A model generated the notes under the pieces. The model was not told the DNA's origin. It worked only from the letters and a program-made list of their open reading frames with translations, and did no database searches. A stretch of DNA of 64,000 nt, taken from IMG/VR virus record IMGVR_UViG_3300007171_000061, positions 1-64,000 of that record, one strand, 5' to 3'. Within the stretch, counting starts at the first letter, position 1. The number at the start of each line of letters is the position of its first letter. This document shows positions 19,865 to 30,555 of the stretch, one piece after another. The translations under genes and the position numbers were made by a program. Origin of the DNA: a virus (lineage: Duplodnaviria > Caudoviricetes).

Positions 19865-19955
19865 ATTGTATCAACTTCCGCAACTCTTGTCAAGCCCCTA
19901 TCTGCAAAATAATTTAAAAAATATTTGTTGCATTGAGCAAAAGCTGTGCTACAGT
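19865..19955. promoter_or_regulatory. Divergent sigma70 promoter pair with AT-rich UP element
   Basis: Minus: TTGACA(19893)-17-TACAAT(19865); plus: TTGCAT...TGCTACAGT; AAAATAATTTAAAAAATATTT between them. Confidence 0.7.
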
Positions 19956-19988
19956 AGAGCCTTCAATCAACAACCGAAAGGAAGCAAC

Positions 19989-20414
19989 ATGCTGCTAAAA
20001 TCTGAATTTGTACACATGGTCAATCATCTAGGTCTTGAAGATGGTGAACTAGCTCTAGCTGAAATTGTGTGGGAGAAAGCTGAACGAGCAATGCAAGGTA
20101 AACCAGTACAGGAAGCTAAGTTGCTAAAGAGTGAAGTGTTTACTCGCAATGAGAATCCTAATGCTCTAACACAAGCGGAACTGCAGATGCTAACAGATGG
20201 TCTAGCTGGTGTACTTGCAGGTGATGAGCGTCAACTCAACCTGTTGAAGATTCGTATTGATCAGTGCTGGAATAAAAGTAACCCGGATGACAAAGATAGT
20301 GAACCATATTTTGATATGATGAATCAGTATCGCAATAACCAGCGCAAGATCAAGAAAGCACACAAAGCTCTTGCACATATCCAACACAAGCTTAAAAAGC
20401 AGATGGGGCGCTAA
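19989..20414 (+). CDS. Hypothetical coiled-coil protein
   Basis: Probable start MLLKSEF after GAAAGGA RBS. Confidence 0.65.
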   Translation: MLLKSEFVHMVNHLGLEDGELALAEIVWEKAERAMQGKPVQEAKLLKSEVFTRNENPNALTQAELQMLTDGLAGVLAGDERQLNLLKIRIDQCWNKSNPDDKDSEPYFDMMNQYRNNQRKIKKAHKALAHIQHKLKKQMGR

Positions 20415-20415
20415 A

Positions 20416-20760
20416 TTGACACGCAAACGCTATGAAATTGTTGCAACCTGCTTTGATCGCAAAGGTAGAGTGCTTGGTACAGGTGTAAATGATTACAGCC
20501 GTAGTCATCCATTGGCAAAGCACTTTGCTATAGTAGCTGGTGAATCAGAACAAAAAGATAAAGTGCATGCTGAACTAGCTGCTGTACTAGCATCTGGTCG
20601 CAAGAATATTCATAGTATTTTTGTGCAACGCTTTCATAATAATGGCACAATGGCAGTAGCTGCACCATGTCCTACTTGCAAAGCTATGCTCAAAGGTTTT
20701 GGTGTTAAGATCGTGCGTTATACACATCCAGAGGGAATTAAGGAGTATCAAGTTGGCTGA
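20416..20760 (+). CDS. Cytidine-deaminase-superfamily protein
   Basis: HAE (VHAELAAV) and PCxxC (APCPTCKAML); TTG start. Confidence 0.8.
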   Translation: MTRKRYEIVATCFDRKGRVLGTGVNDYSRSHPLAKHFAIVAGESEQKDKVHAELAAVLASGRKNIHSIFVQRFHNNGTMAVAAPCPTCKAMLKGFGVKIVRYTHPEGIKEYQVG

Positions 20761-21190
20761 TCAAAAACAATTAGATGAAACCTACATGGGTACTGCCTTA
20801 CTTCATGCAAGGCTATCCAAAGCGAAAAGAGCGCAGGTAGGAGCCGTTTTAGTTACTAGTCAAGGGGTTACCCTCACTGGTTACAACGGTACTCCTAGAG
20901 GGCTTCCTAATGAGTGTGAAGATACTTACTGGGATGCAAATCATGGTGACTATCTGGTAACAAAACCCGAAGTAATTCATGCTGAACTCAACTGCATCTT
21001 AAAAGCTGCTCGTGAAGGCGTAAGCTGTATTGGTGCTACAATGTATGTTACTCTATCACCTTGTGTACCTTGCGCTGCTATGATGATTCAAGCTGATGTA
21101 AAACGCTTGGTGTACAAAGATTTGTATCGTGATCAAGGTGGCACTGATTTGTTGCAACGTGCAGGTATTTTGGTAGAATGTTATGCTTAG
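20753..21190 (+). CDS. dCMP deaminase
   Basis: VGAVLV...GYNGTPRG...HAELNCI...TLSPCVPCA; TTG start after AAGGAG. Confidence 0.9.
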   Translation: MADQKQLDETYMGTALLHARLSKAKRAQVGAVLVTSQGVTLTGYNGTPRGLPNECEDTYWDANHGDYLVTKPEVIHAELNCILKAAREGVSCIGATMYVTLSPCVPCAAMMIQADVKRLVYKDLYRDQGGTDLLQRAGILVECYA

Positions 21191-21392
21191 ATGGTCGGGT
21201 ACAATCTTCTACATGATCGGCATGCTGCTAACTGCACTAAATATTTTTCCATTGAATTTAATCTTTGGTGCAATTGGTGGTATACTCTGGTGTATCGTAG
21301 GCTTTAACTATAAAGATAAAGCTCTAATTTTAGTGGAAGCTGCTTCTGCAGCTATCTATTTGTTTGGTCTTTTACATTGGTGGATAAAATGA
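21183..21392 (+). CDS. Small multi-pass membrane protein (PnuC-like fragment, weak)
   Basis: Three hydrophobic helices; WxGT...LW...K.DKALI...N pattern. Confidence 0.5.
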   Translation: MLRWSGTIFYMIGMLLTALNIFPLNLIFGAIGGILWCIVGFNYKDKALILVEAASAAIYLFGLLHWWIK

Positions 21393-22076
21393 AAGGAAAT
21401 GATGTGACTAAAATTATTGCTGAACTTGAAACTAGGCTTGCAAATAAACGCAAAAAGTATGAGCAAGTTACAAAACTTGTAGAGTTACTACCAATGTTTA
21501 AAGATCGTATTATCAGCAATGAAATTACTGGTGATCGCTTTGAAGAGTTAGCTTCGCACTATAAGGGTGTGTACTTTGCATGGGGTATCAATCTAGGTGT
21601 AAACGAGCCTACAAATTATGAAGGTGAATATAAAGATCAACTGCATGTAAGTGTATACTGCAATTGCATCAGTATGTTTGGTGAAGACTTGTATAATTAC
21701 GCCAACAGGACAATGCACGAAGCAATGAAAGATGTACCAATGTTTCACAACGATGCTATGAACAGTACATTTTATTTTGAACCACATCAAGTTGAACATG
21801 GTTTAGATACCATTGTTGCGTGGTACAATGAAGTTAAAGCTAAAGGTGATGCAATCTTGAAGCAAAAACGCAAAGAAGAACTTGAGCGTCAACTTAAAGA
21901 ATTGGAGAATTGAAATGAGCAATCTATGGTTTAATATTCGTTTTGGAGCTAGGCATTTCCAACTTACAAATGACTGGAAGTTTTCATTCAGCGTTAACCC
22001 GCACTGGATTGAGAATAAACCTGAGAAATTCTTTGAGGTTTATTGTATGTTTGGTGTACAGGTTTATTCAGCATGA
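21377..22076 (+). CDS. Two hypothetical ORFs (21377-21913, 21915-22076)
   Basis: ORF track plus RBS-supported starts. Confidence 0.6.
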
Positions 22077-22582
22077 ACGAAAATATTAAAGCTGGCGCTG
22101 ATATCCATGCTGGTGATGGTGGATATAGCGAAGGTACAAAAGAAGGTTATGAAGCATTTGTTAAAGCTCGTAACGCATCTAGAGGTAAACCTACTTTGTA
22201 TCTAATCCGTGGTGTACCCGGAAGTGGTAAATCTACTTTTGCACAATCTCTATTAGATAGTCGTGTAGTACAACGTGTGTATGAAGCTGACGATTATTTC
22301 ATTCAAAATGGTGTATATCAGTTTGATCCCACACAACTTGAGCAAGCACACAATCAATGCAAACGTAATACTTGGCTGGCGCTGTATGAAGGTTTGTCAG
22401 TAGCTGTATCAAATACATCTTGTGCTGAATGGGAAGTTGAAACTTATGCTACAATTGCAAAAGAGACTGAAGCTAACTTCGTGAGTATCATCCTTGAAAA
22501 TCGTCACGGTGGTAAAAATATTCACGGTTGTCCTGATGTTAAAGTCGAACAGATGAAAAGGAAATTCCATGTTAAGCTATGA
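22073..22582 (+). CDS. P-loop kinase (Pnk 5'-kinase-like, AAA_33)
   Basis: LYLIRGVPGSGKSTFA, EADDYF, AVSNT, HGCP...VEQM. Confidence 0.85.
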   Translation: MNENIKAGADIHAGDGGYSEGTKEGYEAFVKARNASRGKPTLYLIRGVPGSGKSTFAQSLLDSRVVQRVYEADDYFIQNGVYQFDPTQLEQAHNQCKRNTWLALYEGLSVAVSNTSCAEWEVETYATIAKETEANFVSIILENRHGGKNIHGCPDVKVEQMKRKFHVKL

Positions 22583-23459
22583 TCAACAAATGCAACTAGT
22601 CAACCGTGGTCTTGCTACTCTTAAAAACGATGGTAAGTACACTACTTTCAAGTACGCTCGTAAGGCAATGTACGAATATCTATGGTATAAAGTACCTGAT
22701 CTACTCGAATGTAGAGGTCATGTATATTGCAATAGCACAAAAGAACTTGTACAAGCTGCTCCACGCAAAAGCTTCAATTATCTTGAGCGCAATTACTGGA
22801 AAGATATGCCTTTGGATACTCCAGTTGAAATGTATAAGAAAGTCAATGGTTTCATGGCTTGTGTTACTTTGCATAACGATGAAATTATTGTATCTACTAC
22901 GGGTACAACTACTAGTGATTATGCAAAGTGGGCTAAAGAATTAGTCCTTCAAAATTGGCATTATTACGACATGGTGATTGCACCTGATGTTACTACACTA
23001 TTTGAAGTTGTAGTACCACAAGACCCTCACATTGTGCAAGAGCGTGAAGGTTTGCATCTACTTGGTGTACGTGAGAAAGCAAACGGTAACTTTCATCCAA
23101 TGGGTGCTAATGCACGTTGTACACTAGAGCAAGCATTAGAAATCGCAAAGCATGACCGTGGTGAAGGCTTTATGATGTATGCTTTACAAGCTGATGGTAC
23201 TTACAATTACAACGAGTGCTGTAAACTAAAGACTGATTACTACATTGGTAAAAAGAAGTTAATGTGTATGACAGCAAAGAACATTGAAATAATGTATAAA
23301 GATGTGCATCACTTTAAATCTGAGTTATCTAAAATGTGGTACACTGCTGCAAAATTCATTGTGAAAGATTTCAATAAAGATGCTTGGTTAAATTCTACAG
23401 ATCAAGAACGTAGACTAATCCTTGATAACTTTAGATGGAATGAACATGCAGGGTCATAA
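22569..23459 (+). CDS. RNA ligase (T4 Rnl1-like)
   Basis: LECRG, APRKSFNY, YKKVNGFM motif I, LFEVV, GEGFM, KLKTDYY. Confidence 0.8.
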   Translation: MLSYDQQMQLVNRGLATLKNDGKYTTFKYARKAMYEYLWYKVPDLLECRGHVYCNSTKELVQAAPRKSFNYLERNYWKDMPLDTPVEMYKKVNGFMACVTLHNDEIIVSTTGTTTSDYAKWAKELVLQNWHYYDMVIAPDVTTLFEVVVPQDPHIVQEREGLHLLGVREKANGNFHPMGANARCTLEQALEIAKHDRGEGFMMYALQADGTYNYNECCKLKTDYYIGKKKLMCMTAKNIEIMYKDVHHFKSELSKMWYTAAKFIVKDFNKDAWLNSTDQERRLILDNFRWNEHAGS

Positions 23460-24298
23460 CTTCAACAGAACGCTACACGCCAAAGGTATGTTTGTATACT
23501 GTGGTCGTTGTGGCTTGATTCGTCTTGGTAATAGAGCAACTGAAAAGCAGATTAACAAAGCTTGTGTTGGCGCTCGTGAACTAGAAGACGAAGAGTATCT
23601 TAAAATCAAAGGACAAATGAAAGGTAACAATGCAAGATAAAATCAAACTATTAGCACAAGAAGCTGGTTTCTGTTTCTTTTCACCAGAAGAAGACGAAGA
23701 TGAACCCATTGATTGGTCCTGTGACTATGAACAGGAGTTTAAAGTATTTGCTGATTTGCTGCAGAAACAAACTCGCAAAGAAACAGTTAAAGAAATTGTA
23801 AGTTTACTCAAAGAATTGCACGAGATTAGTAAAAGCAGACATAATCTGTATTTGTGTACAGCTAACTTAATCGAAGAAGATTTTAAGGAATGATATGATA
23901 AACGCTGAAATACTTGAGATTCACCGAATTAGTAAAGCTTTTCAAGCTACAGAACTTGGTGCTTTGTTCAATAAGTTTACTCGGTTACATGCTCGTGCTT
24001 GGCAACTGGATAGTACTGATTATCATCGTTCACAAGATAAGGCATGGAAAGAATTAGAACCAGTTGAAAAAGAACTACGTGCTAAACTCATGGAAATTGC
24101 AGGAGTTAAAGTATGAAGTATTATCCGATTAAAACACCAAACGATGACCCGTACATTACTATAGTTGACAATGAAGATAATACATTTTGTTTTAAAATTG
24201 ATAGATACAAAAATGTACTTGTGTGGTGCGATAAACGAGCAATACCTGATATGATTAGAATTTTACAGGAGATAAATATATATGCGAATTTTCACTAG
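23422..24298 (+). CDS. Four small hypothetical ORFs (23422-23640, 23630-23893, 23895-24116, 24113-24298)
   Basis: Coupled stop/start junctions. Confidence 0.6.
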
Positions 24299-24851
24299 TG
24301 ATCTACATCATGAACACAAACGAATTGTAGAATTTACAAATCGAGGTGTAGACACAACACAAGAAAATCATACTGACTGGTTGATAAGTCTGTGGAATGA
24401 AAATGTAAACCCCGGTGATCTTGTATATCACTTGGGAGATTTTTCATTTGCTAAGAACTATGATAGCATTGCTTCATTTACCGAAAAATTAAATGGTCAA
24501 AAGATTTTTATTAAAGGTAATCATGATAGGCGTGAAAACTTAGATCAACTTGTAAAAGATAATTTGATTTCAGCATGGTATGACTATAAGGAAATTAAGA
24601 TTGTAGACAAGTATGTTATACTATTTCACTTTCCTATTTCAAGCTGGCATCGTCAAGGTTACGGTGCATTGCATCTTCATGGTCATTGTCATGGAAATCA
24701 CAAAGATAATAAAGGTAAAATGCTTGACGTAGGTTTAGATTCCGCATATAATATCTTTAAAGAACACTGTTTCTTTACTGAGTATGATATTGAAGAGTTA
24801 ACAAAATCGAAAGAAACATACATTTCTGATCACCACAAAGAAAGGCTATAA
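24282..24851 (+). CDS. Calcineurin-like metallophosphoesterase
   Basis: SDLH, HLGDF, KGNHD, HGHCH motifs. Confidence 0.9.
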   Translation: MRIFTSDLHHEHKRIVEFTNRGVDTTQENHTDWLISLWNENVNPGDLVYHLGDFSFAKNYDSIASFTEKLNGQKIFIKGNHDRRENLDQLVKDNLISAWYDYKEIKIVDKYVILFHFPISSWHRQGYGALHLHGHCHGNHKDNKGKMLDVGLDSAYNIFKEHCFFTEYDIEELTKSKETYISDHHKERL

Positions 24852-25523
24852 ATGCACAAAATCGAAGATTACACCACCGCAAAGCTAATTGCTTACTCAC
24901 AAGCTACCGAAGAGTTTAAAGGGCAATTTAAGACGATTAAAGACCTTGTGGCCTACTGCGCTAGGGTATCTAACCCAAGCAATCAACTCAATATGGAAAC
25001 TTCAGATAAGTTGATTAGTTATCTATTAAAGCACAAGCACTTTAGTCCCTTTGAAATGGCAAGTGCAACTATTGAGATTGAAACAACTCGTGATATTGCA
25101 CGACAGCTATTACGTCACCGTAGTTTTACATTTCAGGAGTTTAGCCAACGCTATGCAGACCCCACGAAGGACTTGACGTTTGTAACTCGTGAAGCACGAC
25201 TGCAAGACCCCAAAAATCGTCAGAACTCTGTTATTACTGAGAATCTAGCATTGCAATCGCTATGGGAGAACTACCAGAATAAAGTAATCGAAACTGCACA
25301 AAATGCTTATGCTTTCGCTATTGCCAATGGTATCGCTAAAGAGCAAGCTCGTGCTGTTCTACCAGAGGGTTGCACTATGTCTCGTTTGTACGTACAAGGA
25401 ACAATTCGCAGCTTCATTCACTACATTGAAGTGCGTAAGGCTAACGGTACTCAGCTAGAACATATTGTACTGGCGCAGAAAGTAGCACAAGCTATTTCAC
25501 AGGTATTTAAGCATGATTTCTGA
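24852..25523 (+). CDS. thyX: Flavin-dependent thymidylate synthase
   Basis: HFSPFE and RQLLRHRSFTFQEFSQRY ThyX signature. Confidence 0.95.
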   Translation: MHKIEDYTTAKLIAYSQATEEFKGQFKTIKDLVAYCARVSNPSNQLNMETSDKLISYLLKHKHFSPFEMASATIEIETTRDIARQLLRHRSFTFQEFSQRYADPTKDLTFVTREARLQDPKNRQNSVITENLALQSLWENYQNKVIETAQNAYAFAIANGIAKEQARAVLPEGCTMSRLYVQGTIRSFIHYIEVRKANGTQLEHIVLAQKVAQAISQVFKHDF

Positions 25524-25764
25524 TATTGATGTAAAAGACTGGGTGATGCTCACAGAACCTTTAAAACTTGAGCAGTTAAAAGAAGGTGACATATTCAGTT
25601 TATTTGGTGACAGTCGCATGTACAAAGTCCAGCATGTTCTACTGGACATTGCATACGCTGAAACTGCAGAAATTTGGAACGCATTGGTATTTCCTAGAAC
25701 TTTGGAGGTATTCCCTTGGGTGATAAACAAAAACGTAAATCAAAGCAGTACAAACAACTGCTGA
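25513..25764 (+). CDS. Hypothetical protein
   Basis: 83-aa ORF in operon. Confidence 0.55.
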   Translation: MISDIDVKDWVMLTEPLKLEQLKEGDIFSLFGDSRMYKVQHVLLDIAYAETAEIWNALVFPRTLEVFPWVINKNVNQSSTNNC

Positions 25765-25766
25765 AA

Positions 25767-26042
25767 ATGACAGCACAATCTTCAGGTTACTATGAATATG
25801 AAGTAGAAGATGTAGTTAGGCATCTAATAGGTAATATTCAAGTATTACTTGCCGAAGGTACAGATGTAAAGCTTCGTGGTCTTGGTACGATGCGTGTAAA
25901 AAAGATGCATGTATCCCGTATGTTTTCTACAGAAGGTGAAAAAGTGTGGTACACTGCTTATAGATTGTCAGTTGCATCTGATACTCTTTTACAGCAACAT
26001 CTAAAGGAACATTATGCAGAACCAACAGAACCCGACCAATGA
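25767..26042 (+). CDS. HU/IHF-like DNA-binding protein
   Basis: EVEDVV...LLAEGTDVKLRGLGTMRVKK resembles the HU/IHF helix-beta arm pattern. Confidence 0.65.
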   Translation: MTAQSSGYYEYEVEDVVRHLIGNIQVLLAEGTDVKLRGLGTMRVKKMHVSRMFSTEGEKVWYTAYRLSVASDTLLQQHLKEHYAEPTEPDQ

Positions 26043-28562
26043 TGCTTGGCCTTTCGCTTTCGTCAATGGTGAAAGAACACAAGCATCAGAAGAACTCATG
26101 GATTCCAAACAGTACAACACCAAAGATGTATTTTCTACAGATGACTACGAAGAGGCAATGTTTTGAGTGAAGCAATTAAGAACTTTCGATTAATTAGTAT
26201 TGACAAAATTCTTACTAATAAAAAGCTTCCCAATTGGGTACTCAAGGCTGCTTTCGAGGTCAAGCACTCTGGATTTCTACCTGCTGGTGAGTACTTTGAA
26301 AAACTAGATGATGTTGAAGTCTACGAAATGGCAAGTGCTTTAGAGTACATTCATACTGCTAACTTTCAGCAATTCAATGTACTATCTCAGCAAGCAGAAG
26401 AAGATTTGCAGAGTTTATCTTTGTTGTGCTTTATCTTGGCTTTAGGCGAAGGTGAAATAGAAGTTGATCATGAGAGTCTTTCTTCTATGCTACAATACTT
26501 GTTCTTGCTGGTGAGCATCGAAGGCTTGCACCGAGAAGGTAAAGTAGAAGTTATCCGTGAGCATTACAGTTTGTTTGGTGGTGATAAACCAGTCGTAAGA
26601 GAAAAGAGGTAAATATGAAAGTAAATATTGGACGTTATCCAAAAGGTGATAAACAACGCAAGATTAATATACAGATTGACCCTTGGGATACATGGAGCGC
26701 AGACCATACGCTGGCGCTGATTATTGTACCATTGCTGCAGAAAATGAAAGATGATAAACAAGGGTCACCTAATGTAGACGATGTTGATGTTCCTGAGCAT
26801 CTGCGTAGTAATGCAGCACCAGCTAAAGCGAACGATTGGGATACCGATATCTATTGGCATCCACGATGGGAGTATGTGCTGAATGAAATGCTATGGGCTA
26901 TGCAACAGATTGCTTCAAATAATGAAGATGATGAAAAATTCTATGATCATTCTGAAGTTGACGAATCTAAAGGTGTAATGGAGCAAATGAAGGCAGTCAA
27001 AATTGATATGGAAGGTTTGAGAGCACATCAAGCTCGTATTCAAAAAGGTTGCGAACTGTTTGGTAAATATTTTCAAGCACTATGGAGTTAAATATGCATA
27101 AAACATTTGAAGAATTAGAACGATTGGCGTATATAAATAATCTAACTGGTATTGCTAAACTTTATGCTCAACTTGATGATAATGAACGTGATGAATATGA
27201 AATTGAAAAACTGAAAAGTGAAATTGATTATCTAGAAATGGATACCAATTATCATGAACGCAATTCTGAAGCTTTGGAGAGAAGAGTTGAAGAACTTGAA
27301 AATAAACTTGAAAAAATTGCAGCCATCATCACGTATGATTGAAAAAAATTGATGTACAATCGCTATACTCTGAGGGTGATCTGGAGTATGTTACAGAAGA
27401 GGACAGCTATCAGGTGTTGCAATCATTTGATGGTTGGCATGAATATAATTTTGAAAGGAACGAAGAATGACAGAACAAGAATTTCGCCAACAACTAGACG
27501 CACTAGTAACTACAGCAATCCGTGAGATTGGTGCAGGTGCAGTCTATGGTCATCTATCTACTGTAAAACAATTCACAGAAGTAGTATATGATAGCAATAT
27601 CGTCAACTATCTGCAGAGTTTGCAAGTTAAAGCTGAAGAAAAAGGTAGTTTAAAATGACGCTAGATGACTTCCATGTTGGTATTCAGCAGCTATTCTTTC
27701 AAGCAAATCAAGCAGGTTTAGATATTGGTGATATCTATCATGTGCTAGATGGTCAGAAGATTATCGCTGAAACAATTTTAAAATTATCAATTGAAAATGC
27801 TTACAAAGAAAGGTTTAGTTTATGAAATACGTAGTAAAATTTACAAATGGTTACTGGAAATGCTTTGATACTTATAAATATGAGGATGTTTCCATGCATG
27901 GACTTAAAAGTGATGCTGACAAAGCTTGTTTTCGGATGAACAATCAGCGTTAAGCAGCAATACCCTAGTTCACTCTAGGGTTTTCTTTCGTTTTACATCT
28001 AGGAGAATCAAATGGAAAAAGATACAGAAGTTCTAATCATGCGGAATACTACAGTGAATCGTTTGTACGATCTGGTAGTGGTAAATTATTTTGAAGAAAC
28101 TGTAGAATTCATCGTAAAGGGTGTACAATACGATCAAGCTGTAGCAATGATGCTAGAGCTTGAAGAAGCAAACTAAAGACAAGGAAAGATCATGTCACAA
28201 GGTTCATTTTTGCAAAACAACAAACGCACTAAACGCAAGTTTGATGATGGAGGGTTTGAAGACGATTTGAAACCAACTAAGAAGCAAAAGAATAAAAAGG
28301 ATTTTAGTAAGCAACGTGAGCAAAAGCGTGGAGAATTTGTATGAATACAATACTTACAGAACTTGCCACGAAAGCTAAAGTTGAGCACTGCATTAGTCAT
28401 GTTCGATTGCAAGCTTTCGCTGAGTTGATTGTCAGAGAAACCATTAATCAAATGTGCATTCAAATGCTAGAGCATGGAGATGATCAAAGTAACAATCCTG
28501 TGTTTTATAAGGCAATTGAAGCAACTGAAAAGCATCTTGGAGTAAACAATGCAACTAATTAA
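26014..28562 (+). CDS. Array of hypothetical ORFs (26014-26166, 26163-26612, 26615-27091, 27094-27342, 27467-27658, 27655-27825, 27822-27953, 28012-28176, 28192-28344, 28341-28562)
   Basis: ORF track plus manual translation of sub-60-aa ORFs; terminator ACCCTAG/CTAGGGT at about 27962-27981. Confidence 0.6.
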
Positions 28563-29085
28563 ACGCTGGTTGACTTACCTTGCTATATTCTTTGTAGCAA
28601 TATGGGTTGTAGATCAATACCGTGAGTACAATCAGCTAAAAGAACTTGAAGAAGTACGCAGGGATTTGATTCGTCAAGAGAAGGAAGCTGATAAAAACTG
28701 CCTCAAGAATGCACTGTACTATGAAGCACGTAGTGAAGGTAAGCTTGGTATTCTTGCTGTAGCTTCTGTGATCGAAAACCGCAAGCAGCATCCAGCTTAT
28801 CCTAGTAGCTACTGTGGTGTGATTCAACAGCATAAACAATTCAGCTACACGATGGAAGGTAGACCTGATGTAGAAGCTATAGAACAGCGTTTGAGGGCAT
28901 CTGATAGAGCAGCATATGCACAGATATCAGAAGTAGCTGATAAGATGCTAGAAGGGCGATTTGAACCCCTGTTACCATCTAATGTATTGCACTACGCTAC
29001 AGTAAAAATAAACAATGCTTGGACTAAAACAAAGAAAGTGTATGCTACAATTGGCAACCATCGTTTTTATAAAGAAAAGAACTAA
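28549..29085 (+). CDS. Cell wall hydrolase, SleB/Hydrolase_2 family, with N-terminal membrane anchor
   Basis: CLKNALYYEARSEG...AVASVIENR...CGVIQQHKQFSY...HY...IGNHRFY. Confidence 0.9.
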   Translation: MQLIKRWLTYLAIFFVAIWVVDQYREYNQLKELEEVRRDLIRQEKEADKNCLKNALYYEARSEGKLGILAVASVIENRKQHPAYPSSYCGVIQQHKQFSYTMEGRPDVEAIEQRLRASDRAAYAQISEVADKMLEGRFEPLLPSNVLHYATVKINNAWTKTKKVYATIGNHRFYKEKN

Positions 29086-29762
29086 ATGTTTAGACTGATA
29101 GCAAAAGCACTTGGTGAAAAAAGTGGCAATACTGATGAAGAAGCTAACAAAATTGCTTGGATTCGCATAGTACTTATGCTACAAGCTATTGCTACAAACG
29201 CATTCATTGTTGCTGGTGTTCTGCACAAATGGTGAGACAATAACCTTTATTTCCCTGTGGGTATATCCTACAGGGATTTTTTGTTGTACAATCAAGGCTC
29301 ACAAACCAACTGATGGAGTTTAAGATGCAAAAGATTCAAGCTGTTACTCGTGGTGCTACTTCTGACGGTGAAACCCGTGATTGCACTGTTCGTGCTCTGA
29401 GCAATGCTTCTGGTATGCACTATGACAATGCACACGCTTTGCTTAAGAAACACGGTAGGAAAGATCGCCGTGGTGCTTTCTTCACTACAATGCTCAAGGC
29501 TTACACGGAAGCTGGCTTCGTTCTGGATGCTGTGCATGGTACAACAGTTTCTGCTCGTTGTGCTGCACGTATTGCTAAACGCCAAGCTCAAGATGGTGTT
29601 ACACTGGCAAAGTTGCTTCCTAAGCTTGCTTTCGGTGAGTACATCGTGAACACCACTGGTCATGCAGTTGCAGTTGTCAACGGTAAGATCATTGATACCT
29701 TCGATAACCCTGCAGGTAAGCGAGTGGTTGCCGTGTTTAAGAGACTGAATGAATTTGCATAA
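29086..29762 (+). CDS. Two hypothetical ORFs (29086-29235 membrane; 29313-29762)
   Basis: Second ORF has DCTVRAL...GHAVAVVNG, a common phage family; own promoter and RBS. Confidence 0.6.
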
Positions 29763-29886
29763 GATAACACTTGATTCTTCATCAAATATCTAATATAATT
29801 ATAAATAGAATAGTTGAGGATTAATTACCCTCAATGACAAGCCTCGATTCATCACCGAGGTTTTCTTATTTATATTATGATGAATC

Positions 29887-30441
29887 TTGATGGAGATTAA
29901 AATGTATAAGAAGTGCAGTAAGTGCAAAAAGAGTAGATTGTATAGTCAATTTAGCAAGAACAGAAGTGCCAAAGATGGTCGCCAGAACCAATGTAAGATT
30001 TGTGTGAAGCATCGTATTGAAGCTAACAAAGAACAAATTGCTATAAAAAAGAAGCAATATTATGAAGACAATAAAGAACAGCGATTGGACTATAGAAAGC
30101 AATACGCTGAATGCAATAAAGAACAAATTACTCAGTATCAAAAGCATTACAGAAAACAATACTGTAAAACCAACTCTGCAAAGATAAATGCTCATGCTGC
30201 CAAACGTAGAGCTATTAAACTTCGAGCTACACCTCAATGGTTAACTAAAGAGCATTTTTTAGAAATTGAAGACTTATTTATCTGCGCTAAAATGTTCAGA
30301 CTTTATACAGGTCAAGAATACCATGTCGATCATATAATACCACTAAAAGGTAAGAATGTTTGCGGTTTACATGTACCGTGGAATTTACAAATTCTGGAAG
30401 CTTCGGAGAATATTCGCAAATCAAATAAACTGTTGCAATAA
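29887..30441 (+). CDS. HNH homing endonuclease
   Basis: KKCSKCK...CKIC Zn module; YHVDHIIPLKGKNVCGLHVPWNLQIL; own TTGATT-17-TATAAT promoter at 29771. Confidence 0.9.
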   Translation: MMEIKMYKKCSKCKKSRLYSQFSKNRSAKDGRQNQCKICVKHRIEANKEQIAIKKKQYYEDNKEQRLDYRKQYAECNKEQITQYQKHYRKQYCKTNSAKINAHAAKRRAIKLRATPQWLTKEHFLEIEDLFICAKMFRLYTGQEYHVDHIIPLKGKNVCGLHVPWNLQILEASENIRKSNKLLQ

Positions 30442-30448
30442 AACGACA

Positions 30449-30483
30449 AACCCTAGGTAAACTCCTAGGGTATTTTTTTTTTT
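30449..30483 (+). terminator. Rho-independent terminator
   Basis: ACCCTAGG-TAAACT-CCTAGGGT followed by a T run. Confidence 0.8.
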
Positions 30484-30555
30484 ACCAACATGTGTTGCAA
30501 CAGAAAAGTTGTGCTATAATACAGACTTCAACAACACAACTGAAAGGAACTTCAA

